A stretch of 64,000 nt of DNA from Thermoproteota archaeon (GTDB lineage Archaea > Thermoproteota > Bathyarchaeia > Bathyarchaeales > Bathyarchaeaceae), in the NCBI GenBank assembly GCA_042565955.1, contig JBHORG010000008.1, positions 1,258-65,257 of the forward strand. Reading direction: 5' to 3'. Shown here piece after piece: positions 27,704 to 38,195 of the stretch. The number at the start of each line of letters is the position of its first letter. Position 1 is the stretch's first letter. A program made the position numbers and the translations under genes. Below the pieces are notes generated by a model, which saw only the letters and a list, made by a program, of their open reading frames with translations, did not search any database and was not told the origin of the DNA.

Positions 27704-30130
27704 ATGCCTGAGGAACCACGAATAGGAGTGTTCGTTTGCCATTGCGGACTTAATATCGCGGGTGTAGTTGACGTTAAAGAGTTGACTGAATATGCTCGGA
27801 CTTTGCCCGATGTGTTAATAGCCATGGACAACCGTTACACCTGTGCTGATCCAGGTCAAGAAGAGATCAGGAAAGCTATCAAAGAACATAACCTCAACAG
27901 GGTTGTTGTTGCTGCATGTTCGCCTAGAATGCATGAACCAACGTTTCGAAGAACCGTAGCCGATGCTGACTTGAATCCGTATCTTTTTGAAATGGCTAAT
28001 ATACGAGAGTTTGCTTCGTGGTGCCATCAAAGTACACCCAAGAAGGCAACCGAAAAGTCTAAAGAGATCGTGAAGATGGCTGTTGCAAAGGCGCGGCTTC
28101 TTCAAAGGCTTGAAACTATGGAGGTTCCTGTTACTAACAAGGCTCTAATAATTGGTGGAGGAATCGCGGGAATTAGTTCTGCGTTAGACTTGGCGGGTAT
28201 GGGATTCAAAGTTTACCTCTTGGAGAAGGGGGAGAGCATAGGCGGTCACATGGCTGCTTTGGACAAGACATTTCCAACATTGGACTGTTCCATTTGTATC
28301 GAAGGTCCAAAGATGGTTGATGTTTCCCGTCATCCTAATATCGAAATATTATCGTATGCTGACCTTATCAGCGTCAAGGGTTTTGTGGGAAACTTTAAGG
28401 TCAAAATCAGAAAGAACCCCAGATACGTTAAATCAGAGGATTGTACGGGCTGCGGCGAATGCAGGGATGCATGTCCCATAGAGTTTCCTAACGAGTGGGA
28501 TGAGAATATGGGTGTTAGGAAGGCGATTTCTGTTCCCTTTGATCAGGCTGTTCCTCTTGTTTACACGATTAACAGGGACTATTGTATCGAGTGCTTCAAG
28601 TGTGTGGAAGCTTGTGGTGCACGTCAGGCCATCAATTTTGATCAACAGCCCGAAGATGTTGAGTTGGAGGTTGGAACCATTATCGTTTCAACTGGTTTTG
28701 ATGTTTACAAACCCTTCGAGGAAAGTCAATATGGCTACAGCAGATTTGATAATGTTATAACTGCCATGGAGTTTGAAAGGCTTATTTTGGCTGCGGGACC
28801 AACTGGAGGCAAAGTTGTGCGTGGTTCTGATGGGAAAAAGCCTCATTCCGTTTCGTTTATTCAGTGTGTTGGTTCAAGGGATGTAAACAAGAGTGAGTAC
28901 TGTTCTGGTTTTTGCTGCATGTATGCTTTGAAGAATGCTATTTTGCTAAAAGAAAAATACCGCGATGACGTGGAAGTTTACATATTCTACATTGATATGC
29001 GAACCAACTTCAAGGGCTACGAAGAATTCTACAGAAGAGCCCGCGAGTTGGGAGTAAACTTCATCAGAGGAAGAGTTTCCCAAATCAACGAAACCCAAAA
29101 AACCAAGAATTTGCTTATCCGCGCAGAAGACATGGCGCTTGGAGAGCCAATAGAAATTGAGTCAGAGCTTGTGGTTTTGAGTACAGCGGCAATTCCAAGC
29201 AAGGGAACAGACGAAATCTCCAGAATCCTAAGCATAACAAGGGGAGCTGACGGCTTCTTTATGGAGAGCCACCCGAAACTTAAGCCGTTAGATACGTCGG
29301 TTGATGGAATCTTTTTGGCTGGGGCATGCCAAGGACCAAAAGATATCCCATATAGCGTGTCTCAGGGAAGTGGGGCCGCAGCACGAGCCGCTACCGTGTT
29401 ATCTCAGCCCACATGGAAAATAGAACCCATAATAGCATCAGTTTACCCAAACAAATGCAAAAACGTGACAAGAAAATGTGGAATCTGTGTTACAAAGTGT
29501 CCATATGGAGCCATAAAGGCAAATGAAAAGCAAGCTGCAACAATTATAGCTGCTATGTGTCATGGTTGCGGAACTTGTGTGGGTGAGTGCCCGTCTAATG
29601 CTATTACTCAGATGCACTTTACTGACCCTCAGATTTTGGCTCAGATAGACGCTGCTTTAGAGGACAATGCTGAGGATAAGATATTGGGTTTTTTATGTAA
29701 CTGGTGCAGTTATGCTGGTGCTGATCTTGCTGGAACAAGCCGTTTTGAGTATCCGCCTACCATGAGGGCGATACGTGTCATGTGTTCGGGGAGAGTGGAT
29801 AAGGATTTTGTGTTGGAGGCTTTCAGGCAAGGAGCGGGAATGGTTCTTGTTGGTGCATGTCACTTGCCGTATGACTGTCACTATATTTCGGGTAACTACA
29901 AGATGAAGTCAAGAATGGATGCTTTGGCAAGAATTTTTGAGAAGCTGGGGCTTAGTAAGGAGCGTTTCAGGGTAGAATATGTTTCAGCAGCAGAAGGAGT
30001 CAAGTTTGCAGCCATAATCAAAGAGATGACAGATCAACTAGAAGCGCTAGGTCCAGAGAAGATTAAAGCAGAAAACAAGAAACTAAAACCTATAATAGAA
30101 AGGATGCTTTCAAGAAAGAAGAAAAAATAG
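27704..30130 (+). CDS. hdrA: heterodisulfide reductase subunit A fused to a C-terminal MvhD domain
   Basis: 808 aa with the HdrA N-terminal Cys motif (GVFVCHCGLNIAG), the FAD fold IIGGGIAGISSA and inserted ferredoxin domains. The C-terminal ~140 aa are MvhD-like (LGFLCNWCSYAG...IRVMCSGRV...LVGACHLPYDCHY). Confidence 0.9.
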   Translation: MPEEPRIGVFVCHCGLNIAGVVDVKELTEYARTLPDVLIAMDNRYTCADPGQEEIRKAIKEHNLNRVVVAACSPRMHEPTFRRTVADADLNPYLFEMANIREFASWCHQSTPKKATEKSKEIVKMAVAKARLLQRLETMEVPVTNKALIIGGGIAGISSALDLAGMGFKVYLLEKGESIGGHMAALDKTFPTLDCSICIEGPKMVDVSRHPNIEILSYADLISVKGFVGNFKVKIRKNPRYVKSEDCTGCGECRDACPIEFPNEWDENMGVRKAISVPFDQAVPLVYTINRDYCIECFKCVEACGARQAINFDQQPEDVELEVGTIIVSTGFDVYKPFEESQYGYSRFDNVITAMEFERLILAAGPTGGKVVRGSDGKKPHSVSFIQCVGSRDVNKSEYCSGFCCMYALKNAILLKEKYRDDVEVYIFYIDMRTNFKGYEEFYRRARELGVNFIRGRVSQINETQKTKNLLIRAEDMALGEPIEIESELVVLSTAAIPSKGTDEISRILSITRGADGFFMESHPKLKPLDTSVDGIFLAGACQGPKDIPYSVSQGSGAAARAATVLSQPTWKIEPIIASVYPNKCKNVTRKCGICVTKCPYGAIKANEKQAATIIAAMCHGCGTCVGECPSNAITQMHFTDPQILAQIDAALEDNAEDKILGFLCNWCSYAGADLAGTSRFEYPPTMRAIRVMCSGRVDKDFVLEAFRQGAGMVLVGACHLPYDCHYISGNYKMKSRMDALARIFEKLGLSKERFRVEYVSAAEGVKFAAIIKEMTDQLEALGPEKIKAENKKLKPIIERMLSRKKKK

Positions 30131-30270
30131 TTCATAAGTTTTTCAGAAAAATTGGTTTAAAGTGTTTTCATAAAAGTTTCTTGACCGAACCTCTACTAAC
30201 AGTTATGCTAGCATATTGACCACTTGCATTAAGTAAAGAAAAAAGTTTTTTTAGGCAATTAAGAAAGTGC

Positions 30271-30708
30271 TTATGTTATGCTTACGTTCTGTATCTGGAA
30301 GTAACGCTTTGCAAGAAACCGGATTCTTTCAGCGTTTCTGCCGTTTTTACCAATAGCAACACCTTTGTCTCTAGGATTAACAGAAATCACTGCGATCTTT
30401 TTTCCGTCCATGCGCTCGGTTATACGTACCTCGTCAACTTTGGCGGGTTTAAGAGCATTCTTAATGAACTGGGCAGGATTCTCTGAATGTTCAATGACTT
30501 CATGCTTTTTACCGGTCATATTCTCCAAGGTATGGATGTTTTTTCCTTTCTTTCCGATAGCTCTCCCGATGGATCCTTCTTTTACAATAAAAATTATCCT
30601 GTTGAGGTCAGCGTCGACAATACAGTCCTTCACTGTTGCACCTGTTACGCTCTGAAACAGAGCAATATAGCGCATCTCATGACTCGTGAACTTTATTCCA
30701 GTAGCCAT
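30271..30708 (-). CDS. nusA: archaeal NusA-like transcription termination/antitermination protein (2 KH domains)
   Basis: 145 aa with two GxxG KH motifs (IGKKGKN, IGKNGRN), in the canonical position after L30e in the RNAP operon. Confidence 0.9.
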   Translation of the reverse strand: MATGIKFTSHEMRYIALFQSVTGATVKDCIVDADLNRIIFIVKEGSIGRAIGKKGKNIHTLENMTGKKHEVIEHSENPAQFIKNALKPAKVDEVRITERMDGKKIAVISVNPRDKGVAIGKNGRNAERIRFLAKRYFQIQNVSIT

Positions 30709-30710
30709 AT

Positions 30711-31013
30711 TTACTCCTCCGTGATTTTAAGAATATTTGAATCTCCAGGTTCTTTAATAGCCAAAACCGAAACATTGAATGGTTTTCCGCACAATGCTCC
30801 TAAATCAGAGCTCTCACCTTTAAAAAGGCTCACCGGAATCTCAGAAAGCCTACAGTAATACTCAATATCTTCTCGGATACTCTGAGGACAATTCGAAGCA
30901 AGTAAGATCAGCTTAGCTTTCTTTGATTTAGCGCTCCTTAGTGCGCTAATTGCTCCAATCTGGATTTTTCCAGTTTTTGCGGTAGTAGTTATTGCTTTGT
31001 TGACATCTATCAT
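30711..31013 (-). CDS. rpl30e: ribosomal protein L30e
   Basis: 100 aa of the L7Ae/L30e family pattern (KTGKIQIG...KLILLASNCP...). It overlaps the rpoA stop by 4 nt. Confidence 0.85.
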   Translation of the reverse strand: MIDVNKAITTTAKTGKIQIGAISALRSAKSKKAKLILLASNCPQSIREDIEYYCRLSEIPVSLFKGESSDLGALCGKPFNVSVLAIKEPGDSNILKITEE

Positions 31014-34000
31014 TCTTTTTTCTCTCTGTTTGTTGTTGTCATGTATAGGTCTACTAGTCCTGTGCCGATGGGTATTGATTGCCCAACTATAACGTTTTCG
31101 GTTACACCCTTCAACGGATCACTTTCTCCACGGATAGCTGCATCAACTAGGTTTGGAACAGTTATCTCAAAAGCTGCCCGAGCCAGAACACTAGACTTCT
31201 TACCGCTGATTCCATGTCGTCCAATCTGTCTAACTCCACCCGTTGAAGTCATGATGTCTGCCATCAACATAACATGGCGTATGTCAACGTCAAGACCTTG
31301 TTCCTCAAGAACATCTAGGGCTTCTTTAATTAGTGAGTTTCTAGCCGCTTCAATACCAAGGGTTTCCGCGATTTCATGAACATTGTTGGTTGTTGTCCGT
31401 GTTGGATCAATACCTGGAACGTCGAGAACAGCAGATAAATTAGAGCCATCTGTTCGGATAACCCATTCACCAGTTTCCTCTGTAACAAGAACCCTACGGA
31501 TACCAGGTGCTCCTCTAATATGTGCTTTTGGAAGTGTAATCAAGAGTTTCTTCATATCTAGCTGTTTCTTAGGCTTAACAATCAGTCGGTTATCTTCAAC
31601 ACTCAACTCATAGTTCGTAATTTTTATAATGTTAGACAATTCCTCTGGATTAACACCACGGTCTTTCATCAACTGGGGATCAAGCACAACAGCAACCGCT
31701 TGAAGCTCTGGGTCTATATATGGCTCAGAAGCTGAAACGTCCTCCAATGTTGAAGTGATAATATCGCGGGCTATTTCTGTAGCTTTTTCCTTTCTCTTCC
31801 GATGCTCCTTATCAAGGTATATAACCATGATAGGTGTTGACGGGCTTCGTCTTGCATCAACAATCTCGATAAGCCGAGGCAAGCCAAGAGTAACGTTCTG
31901 CTCTCGTACACCAGCATAGTGGAAAGTCCTAAGAGTCATCTGCGTTCCAGGCTCCCCAATGGACTGAGCAGCAACTATACCAACAGCTTCTCCAGGCTCA
32001 ACAAGAGCACGTTTATAGTTCTCTAAAGCCAATCCGATAGTGCGATCAACACCGTTACGACCAAACTTTGCCTTTGGCAACTCAGACTTTAGTTCACTTA
32101 CAAGAAGAGGAGTCAACTGGTCTTCAACTTCACTAAGGCTCTCCATAACATATTCCATAGAGGCAGGCTTTTCCTCATTCACCATAATCTTTACCTGATC
32201 AACAAGACGCTTGATATTTACTGCTTGCCCATGGTCACTCTTTGCTGGATCAACGCCATCCTCTCCATATTTGAGCTGTATAATGTCACCAGTAGAGTTC
32301 CGGACAGTACCGTCATACTCAATTCGAAGCTGCTCAAGTGCGTTAATTAGACGCCTCTGCATGTAACCGCTCTGCTGAGTCCTAACGGCTGTGTCTACGA
32401 GCCCCTCTCTACCACCCATAGCATGGAAGAAGTACTCAATAGGATTCAATCCAGTCGTATACGAATTATACACGAATCCTCTAGCTTTGGGTGTAGGATC
32501 TCCAGCTTTAAAGTGAGATAACGCACGGTTAACATAACCACGCATGATACGTTTTCCCCTTACAGCCTGCTGACCTACAGATGCTGTCATTTGCCCAATA
32601 TTAAGGTTAGAACCACGCGCTCCAGTTCTAGTCATGATTATACCAGAATTCTCAAGCTTAAAGTCCTCGTCTGCAACTTTACCCGCTTTGTCTCGAGCTT
32701 CAGCAAGTTCATTCATGACATAGAGTTCGAAGGACTCATTAAGAGTCTGTCCGGGAAGACGTGGCAGTGTACCCGCACGATAGTCAATGATCAGTTTTTC
32801 AATCCGCTTTTCTATTACGTTCATATTTCGTTTGATCTTCTTTCTTGCAACATCAGACAGTTCAAGTTCGTCGAATGAGAAGGTGAAACCTCGAATACTT
32901 ATGAATACTTTAAGAAGTTGACAGATGTCGTTAAGAAACTTTCTTCCAGCCTGTGACCCATAATCCTTGATTATTCGATGAAGCAAACTATCTGATTGCT
33001 CAGCACCGATTGAACGTCTGTCAATGAGACCACACTTTAGAACTCCATTTTTAACAACCACATAAGCATCGTTAGGACATTTTTCACCTAAACATGTAGT
33101 ACAATTACGGCAGACAGTTGATTTTAAAACATAGTTCAGGTCCTTTGGAAGAAAGATACTGAATATCTGTTTTCCAGTCCAAAGAGGCTGAGGTTCTTTG
33201 ACAGCAGGTTCAGGCAAAGGTCCCTCGAAACCAGACGCTACAAGCAATCTGCAAACCTCTTCCTTGTTTAGAACATTAGAGTTTTTGGTGAACATATAAG
33301 ATGCTGTTATGTAATCGCGAATAGCCCCTATGATTGGTCCACCAAATCTTGGTGATAGAATCTGGTCTTGGACTTGCATCAGAAGCCGCGCCTCAGTCTG
33401 AGCCTCTTCGCCCTGTGGGACGTGAAGATTCATTTCGTCCCCATCAAAGTCGGCATTATAGGGCGGACAAACACATAGATGTAACCGGAAAGTCTTATGA
33501 GGTAAAACTCTAACATAATGCGCCATAATTGACATACGGTGAAGTGAAGGCTGTCTGTTAAAAATGGCAATGTCGCCGTTCATGAGGTGACGTTCTACAA
33601 CGAAACCAGTTTCCAATGATTCGGCAACTTTGTCTCTTTCAACAACAAACTCCAGTCTGACCCGTTTTCCATCAGGTCTGACAACATAGAGTGCGCCGGG
33701 GAAATGTTCAGGACCGTTGATGATAAGTTTCCGCATCTCTTCGATATTCCATACCGTAACCTTCTCGGGCATTGAAAGCCTCATAGCTATAGCTAGAGGA
33801 ACACCAACCTCGTTGATGTCGAGATTTGGGTCGGGCGAAACCACAGTACGCGCCGAAAAGTCTACACGTTTTCCAGAAAGATTACTTCGGAATCGTCCCT
33901 CTTTACCCTTTAGACGTTGCGAGATTGTTTTTAGAGCCCTACCAGAACGATGTCGTGCCGGTGGTATTCCTGAAGCTTCGTTGTTGAAATAGGTTGTACA

Positions 34001-34828
34001 GTGATACTGAAGCAGTTCTGACAAGTCTTGGATAATGAGGGTCGGGGCGCCCGCCTCCATGTTTTCTCGTAGACGCTGATTAATTCGAATAATGTCTACG
34101 AGCTTGTGAGTTAAATCGTCTTCGGATCGGATGCCCGATTCTAATGTGATTGATGGGCGTACATAAACTGGAGGAACAGGAAGAACCTGTAGAATCATCC
34201 ATTCTGGTCGGGCAGTCGCAGGTTTAAAACCGAACAATTCAAGGTCATCGTCAGGTATTCGTTCAAGCCTTTCTCTGACCATGCTCTGTGTTAATCTTTG
34301 TGCACCTTCTTCTAGAATCTCATAAAATGTTGTGGGTTTCGCAAAGTCAATTTTTGATTGCTGGGCTCCACAATAAGGACAATCCTTCTTTCTAGCTTCC
34401 TTTATAATCTTCTTGTAAATATCGTTTGGAATTTCTCCCAAGAGATCGAAAGTCTGTTTAATGGTAAACTTAATTTCTTCAACACGAGTTTCAGGAAGCA
34501 GAATTCGTCCACAGTTTCTGCAAGTAGCTTGAAGAAGGTTGTGTATTATCTTTGTGAACTCTATGTGAATTATCGGAACTGCCAGTTCTATATGACCAAA
34601 ATGTCCTGGACATCTTATGGCTGTGTTTCCGCACGTTTTGCATCTTTGTCTGGGCTCAAGAGTTCCTAATCTTCCGTCCATGAGTCCAGAAGTTATTGGA
34701 GCTCCGTCTTCGTCGTAAGTGTCGGCGGTCTGTATTTCTGCAACGGACTGTCTGCGAATATTCTGGGGTGAGAAAAGTCCGAAAAAAAGTTCATCTATAA
34801 TTTTATGAATAGTATTTTCCATTGACAT
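31010..34828 (-). CDS. rpoA: DNA-directed RNA polymerase subunit A, unsplit (A' and A'' in one 1272-aa ORF)
   Basis: It has the zinc ribbons of A', the catalytic NADFDGDEMN, the bridge-helix region, and then the A'' trigger-loop region (EPGEAVGIVAAQSIGEPGTQMTLRTFHYAGV), all in the same frame with no stop. Confidence 0.95.
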   Translation of the reverse strand: MSMENTIHKIIDELFFGLFSPQNIRRQSVAEIQTADTYDEDGAPITSGLMDGRLGTLEPRQRCKTCGNTAIRCPGHFGHIELAVPIIHIEFTKIIHNLLQATCRNCGRILLPETRVEEIKFTIKQTFDLLGEIPNDIYKKIIKEARKKDCPYCGAQQSKIDFAKPTTFYEILEEGAQRLTQSMVRERLERIPDDDLELFGFKPATARPEWMILQVLPVPPVYVRPSITLESGIRSEDDLTHKLVDIIRINQRLRENMEAGAPTLIIQDLSELLQYHCTTYFNNEASGIPPARHRSGRALKTISQRLKGKEGRFRSNLSGKRVDFSARTVVSPDPNLDINEVGVPLAIAMRLSMPEKVTVWNIEEMRKLIINGPEHFPGALYVVRPDGKRVRLEFVVERDKVAESLETGFVVERHLMNGDIAIFNRQPSLHRMSIMAHYVRVLPHKTFRLHLCVCPPYNADFDGDEMNLHVPQGEEAQTEARLLMQVQDQILSPRFGGPIIGAIRDYITASYMFTKNSNVLNKEEVCRLLVASGFEGPLPEPAVKEPQPLWTGKQIFSIFLPKDLNYVLKSTVCRNCTTCLGEKCPNDAYVVVKNGVLKCGLIDRRSIGAEQSDSLLHRIIKDYGSQAGRKFLNDICQLLKVFISIRGFTFSFDELELSDVARKKIKRNMNVIEKRIEKLIIDYRAGTLPRLPGQTLNESFELYVMNELAEARDKAGKVADEDFKLENSGIIMTRTGARGSNLNIGQMTASVGQQAVRGKRIMRGYVNRALSHFKAGDPTPKARGFVYNSYTTGLNPIEYFFHAMGGREGLVDTAVRTQQSGYMQRRLINALEQLRIEYDGTVRNSTGDIIQLKYGEDGVDPAKSDHGQAVNIKRLVDQVKIMVNEEKPASMEYVMESLSEVEDQLTPLLVSELKSELPKAKFGRNGVDRTIGLALENYKRALVEPGEAVGIVAAQSIGEPGTQMTLRTFHYAGVREQNVTLGLPRLIEIVDARRSPSTPIMVIYLDKEHRKRKEKATEIARDIITSTLEDVSASEPYIDPELQAVAVVLDPQLMKDRGVNPEELSNIIKITNYELSVEDNRLIVKPKKQLDMKKLLITLPKAHIRGAPGIRRVLVTEETGEWVIRTDGSNLSAVLDVPGIDPTRTTTNNVHEIAETLGIEAARNSLIKEALDVLEEQGLDVDIRHVMLMADIMTSTGGVRQIGRHGISGKKSSVLARAAFEITVPNLVDAAIRGESDPLKGVTENVIVGQSIPIGTGLVDLYMTTTNREKKE

Positions 34829-34829
34829 T

Positions 34830-37800
34830 TTATGCTCTCTCCTTAAGTTTTAGGCGGGGAGTAATACACAAACTCATCATCTCTTGGAGAAGCAGCTTGA
34901 AGGCATACGATACGACTACCGGGGATATCTGGGCTTTATCTTCACAGATTCTGCACGTGTACTTACGTTGCTTAATATCATAGTAGGAGATGAAACCACA
35001 GTTTTCACAGACATATAGAAGATACTTGTCAGACTCTTCGAGTAGCCTGTCTCTTAGCACCATTGCAGCGCCGTGACCAATCAAGCAGTCTCGTTCCATT
35101 TCACCGAACCGCAAACCACCACCCCTCGCACGTCCCTCCGTTGGTTGACGTGTCAACATCTGAACTTGGCCTCGGGCTCTAGCATGCATCTTATCTGCAA
35201 CCATGTGGTGAAGCTTCTGATAGTAAACTACACCCATGAAAACGTCTGCAACAAACTTCTCTCCAGAAACCCCGCTGTAGAGAATTTCTCTACCAGTCTG
35301 ACTGAAACCCAGTTTAACTAGTTCCTTCTTGAGTTGTTCGGGTCCCTCATTGCTGAAGGGTGTTCCGTCAACCGCTTTACCTCTTGCTGAAGCAACTTTT
35401 CCAGCCATGGATTCAAGGAACTGACCAATAGTCATTCGTGACGGCATGGCGTGGGGATTGATTATGATGTCTGGAACGATTCCTTTTGGAGAGAAAGGCA
35501 TGTCCTCTTGTGGAACAATCATTCCGATGACTCCTTTTTGTCCGTGACGAGAAGCGAATTTGTCTCCCAGCTCAGGTATGCGTTGGTCACGAACTCTGAC
35601 TTTCACAATCTTACTTCCTGCGCCGGTCTCTGTGATGAAAATATCGTCCACAACACCGTTTTCTGATGGTCGAACGTCAACAGATGTGTCCCGCATAGTT
35701 GGACCTTTAACTTCAAACTCTTTATATTCTTCAAGGAATCTTGGCGGACTTGTTCTTCCGATAAGAACATCGCCTCCAGCTACCTTAGATTCTAAACTAA
35801 CGATACCATCAGCTTCAAGAAGACGGTAGTATTGTTCACCTCTATATCCTCTGATTCCAGCTTCTGGAACCAAGAATCTGTCTCTGAGCCCACCTAGATA
35901 TTGGCGACACTCAGCATCATAGACTCTGTAGAATGTGGAGCGAACCAAACCACGCTCGATAGAGGCTTTGTTGAATATGATTGCATCTTCCATGTTGTAG
36001 CCTTCAAACGATAGAACTGCAACAATACAATTCTGTCCTGATGGTCTTTCGTTGTATCCTATAACTTCCATGGGTTTCGTTTTGACTAGAGGTGCTTGTG
36101 GGTAGTGAAGAATATGACGACGAGAGTCAACTCGATTGGGAAAATTGGTCAGGTTTATACCGAGGGCTTGTTTGGACATGGCTGCCTCATATGAGTTCCG
36201 AGGTGACTGGTTATGTTCAGGATAGGGTATGATTGAGGCACAAATTCCAAGAATTGTGTAAGTCGCAAGTTCTACGTGGGTGTGTTCGGGAGTAATTTTG
36301 TCAAAGTCTAGAGCAACATAGATGTTTTCTTCTTCTTCGGCGTCAATGCATTCAAGTATTCCCTTTTTGATAAGGTCTCCCCAACCCCATTCACCGGAGC
36401 GAACATTTTCAACGTGTTCGAGAGTTAGTTTAGGTACTCCATTTTCAATTACAATAAGAGGACGACGTACACGTCCCTGATCGCAGCTGATATAAACCTC
36501 TTCACTTACTCCACCTTTAGCCTTTGAGAAGTATGCGACGTTAACTTCAGTGGATATCTCTCTATTCCGGCGTTTTTTTCGTATTTCATCAACTAGCATC
36601 TGCGGTGACGCGCAATAACCTAGGATAGAACCGTTAACGTAAACTTTGGCGCTTGAAGCACGCATCTCTACATCTGTTTCTGCTACTGGAATAACATCCA
36701 GCCGATAGAGAATTTGTTTAATTCCATCAGGATCAACATAGATAGAAATGGAAGCAGCTAGAGAAAGGTTCTTCACCAAACCACAGTTTGAACCCTCAGG
36801 AGTTTCGTTTGGACATAGTCTTCCCCAGTGAGTCGGGTGCAAATCTCGCGCCTCGAAGTTGGGTTGACTACGACTAAGAGGAGATTGTAATCGTCTTAGG
36901 TGGCTCAATGTCGAGACTGTGTTTGTTCGGTCAAGAAGCTGTGTGATACCAACGCGTCCTCTGCCCCAGTTACCTGTTGCGAGAGCGTGACGATGCCTAT
37001 CGGTAACTATTCCAGGGCGAACAGCAGCTGAGATTGTGATCAGCTTCCTCTTAATTCCCATCCGCTCAAGCTGATACTTTATATCACGGCAAAGGTTCCT
37101 GAATGCTATCCTAAAAAGATCAGATAATAGGGGACCAGCAAGTTTTAGTCGTTTGTTTTTAAAGTGGTCTTTATCGTCTGGTTTTCTGATTCCAAGCTTC
37201 AGTTCGATTACTCTACTAGCCATTTCGCCCAGGAAAAGCGCTTTTTCTAATCGATTTTCTTCGGTTCGACCAATGTGGGGTAAAAAGTTACGGTCGATAA
37301 TGCTTCTGGCTTTTTGATTTCGATACTCTTCTACTTGACCGTGAGCGACGCGATTTCCTATGTACATTGTCGCGTCTTTAACAGTATCGAATCCCGCAGC
37401 TTTTTCAAAGGAGGCTTCGAGTTCATTCTGAATTACTGGATCAGGCGTAACAGTTTCAGCTATTTCCCTGTCAGATTCTATTCCGAGCGCCCGCATCAGA
37501 ATCACAAATGGTGCTTCTGTGGGTACTCCAGGTATCGAAACTGAGATTCCACCATCAGATTTCATGCGTAGCTGAATTCTTGCTCTGAAACCAACGGTTG
37601 TTGAGAATATTTTGGCTTGATAGACCGGTTTTGTTCCTCGATTGTCGATGTCCACAAGAACACGATTTGGAGCCAAGTCTTCCATAGCAACAACGACACG
37701 TTCAGAACCGTTGATAAGGAAGTAACCACCGGGATCATGTGGATCCTCTCCATAGGTAATTAATTCTTCATCGGTTAATTGTGAAAGTATGCAGAGTTTA

Positions 37801-38195
37801 GATTTCAGCATAACAGGAAGGTCACCTATGAGAACAAGTTCTGGTTCCTGCTCCCTTCCATCTATAATCGGTGTCATCTCCAATGCTAGAGGTGCTGCAT
37901 AGGTTAGGTTTCGGAAGCGAGCTTCCATGGGGAAAATTTCATGTTTTGTTCCATCGACTTCGGTTTTGTAAGGTCGGCTGATTTTTGATTGCGGATCTAT
38001 CACCCAGAGTTGACCAAGTTTTATCTTGTAGGGCATCTCGGGGATTTCAATGTTGATTTCACCGGTTTCATCGATGACTTCTTGCAGTCCACTGTCAATA
38101 AATTTGTTGTATGAATCCAAGTGTTGTCTAACCAAACCTTTCTCATTGAAGAAAGATTTTTGGAGGAGCAAAAAGTCATTTTGTGAGATTACCAA
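34830..38195 (-). CDS. rpoB: DNA-directed RNA polymerase subunit B, unsplit
   Basis: 1121 aa with conserved B motifs (GDKFASRHGQKG, RFGEMERD, C-terminal CxxC...CxxC). The TTG start is forced by two in-frame TAA codons just upstream. Confidence 0.95.
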   Translation of the reverse strand: MVISQNDFLLLQKSFFNEKGLVRQHLDSYNKFIDSGLQEVIDETGEINIEIPEMPYKIKLGQLWVIDPQSKISRPYKTEVDGTKHEIFPMEARFRNLTYAAPLALEMTPIIDGREQEPELVLIGDLPVMLKSKLCILSQLTDEELITYGEDPHDPGGYFLINGSERVVVAMEDLAPNRVLVDIDNRGTKPVYQAKIFSTTVGFRARIQLRMKSDGGISVSIPGVPTEAPFVILMRALGIESDREIAETVTPDPVIQNELEASFEKAAGFDTVKDATMYIGNRVAHGQVEEYRNQKARSIIDRNFLPHIGRTEENRLEKALFLGEMASRVIELKLGIRKPDDKDHFKNKRLKLAGPLLSDLFRIAFRNLCRDIKYQLERMGIKRKLITISAAVRPGIVTDRHRHALATGNWGRGRVGITQLLDRTNTVSTLSHLRRLQSPLSRSQPNFEARDLHPTHWGRLCPNETPEGSNCGLVKNLSLAASISIYVDPDGIKQILYRLDVIPVAETDVEMRASSAKVYVNGSILGYCASPQMLVDEIRKKRRNREISTEVNVAYFSKAKGGVSEEVYISCDQGRVRRPLIVIENGVPKLTLEHVENVRSGEWGWGDLIKKGILECIDAEEEENIYVALDFDKITPEHTHVELATYTILGICASIIPYPEHNQSPRNSYEAAMSKQALGINLTNFPNRVDSRRHILHYPQAPLVKTKPMEVIGYNERPSGQNCIVAVLSFEGYNMEDAIIFNKASIERGLVRSTFYRVYDAECRQYLGGLRDRFLVPEAGIRGYRGEQYYRLLEADGIVSLESKVAGGDVLIGRTSPPRFLEEYKEFEVKGPTMRDTSVDVRPSENGVVDDIFITETGAGSKIVKVRVRDQRIPELGDKFASRHGQKGVIGMIVPQEDMPFSPKGIVPDIIINPHAMPSRMTIGQFLESMAGKVASARGKAVDGTPFSNEGPEQLKKELVKLGFSQTGREILYSGVSGEKFVADVFMGVVYYQKLHHMVADKMHARARGQVQMLTRQPTEGRARGGGLRFGEMERDCLIGHGAAMVLRDRLLEESDKYLLYVCENCGFISYYDIKQRKYTCRICEDKAQISPVVVSYAFKLLLQEMMSLCITPRLKLKERA

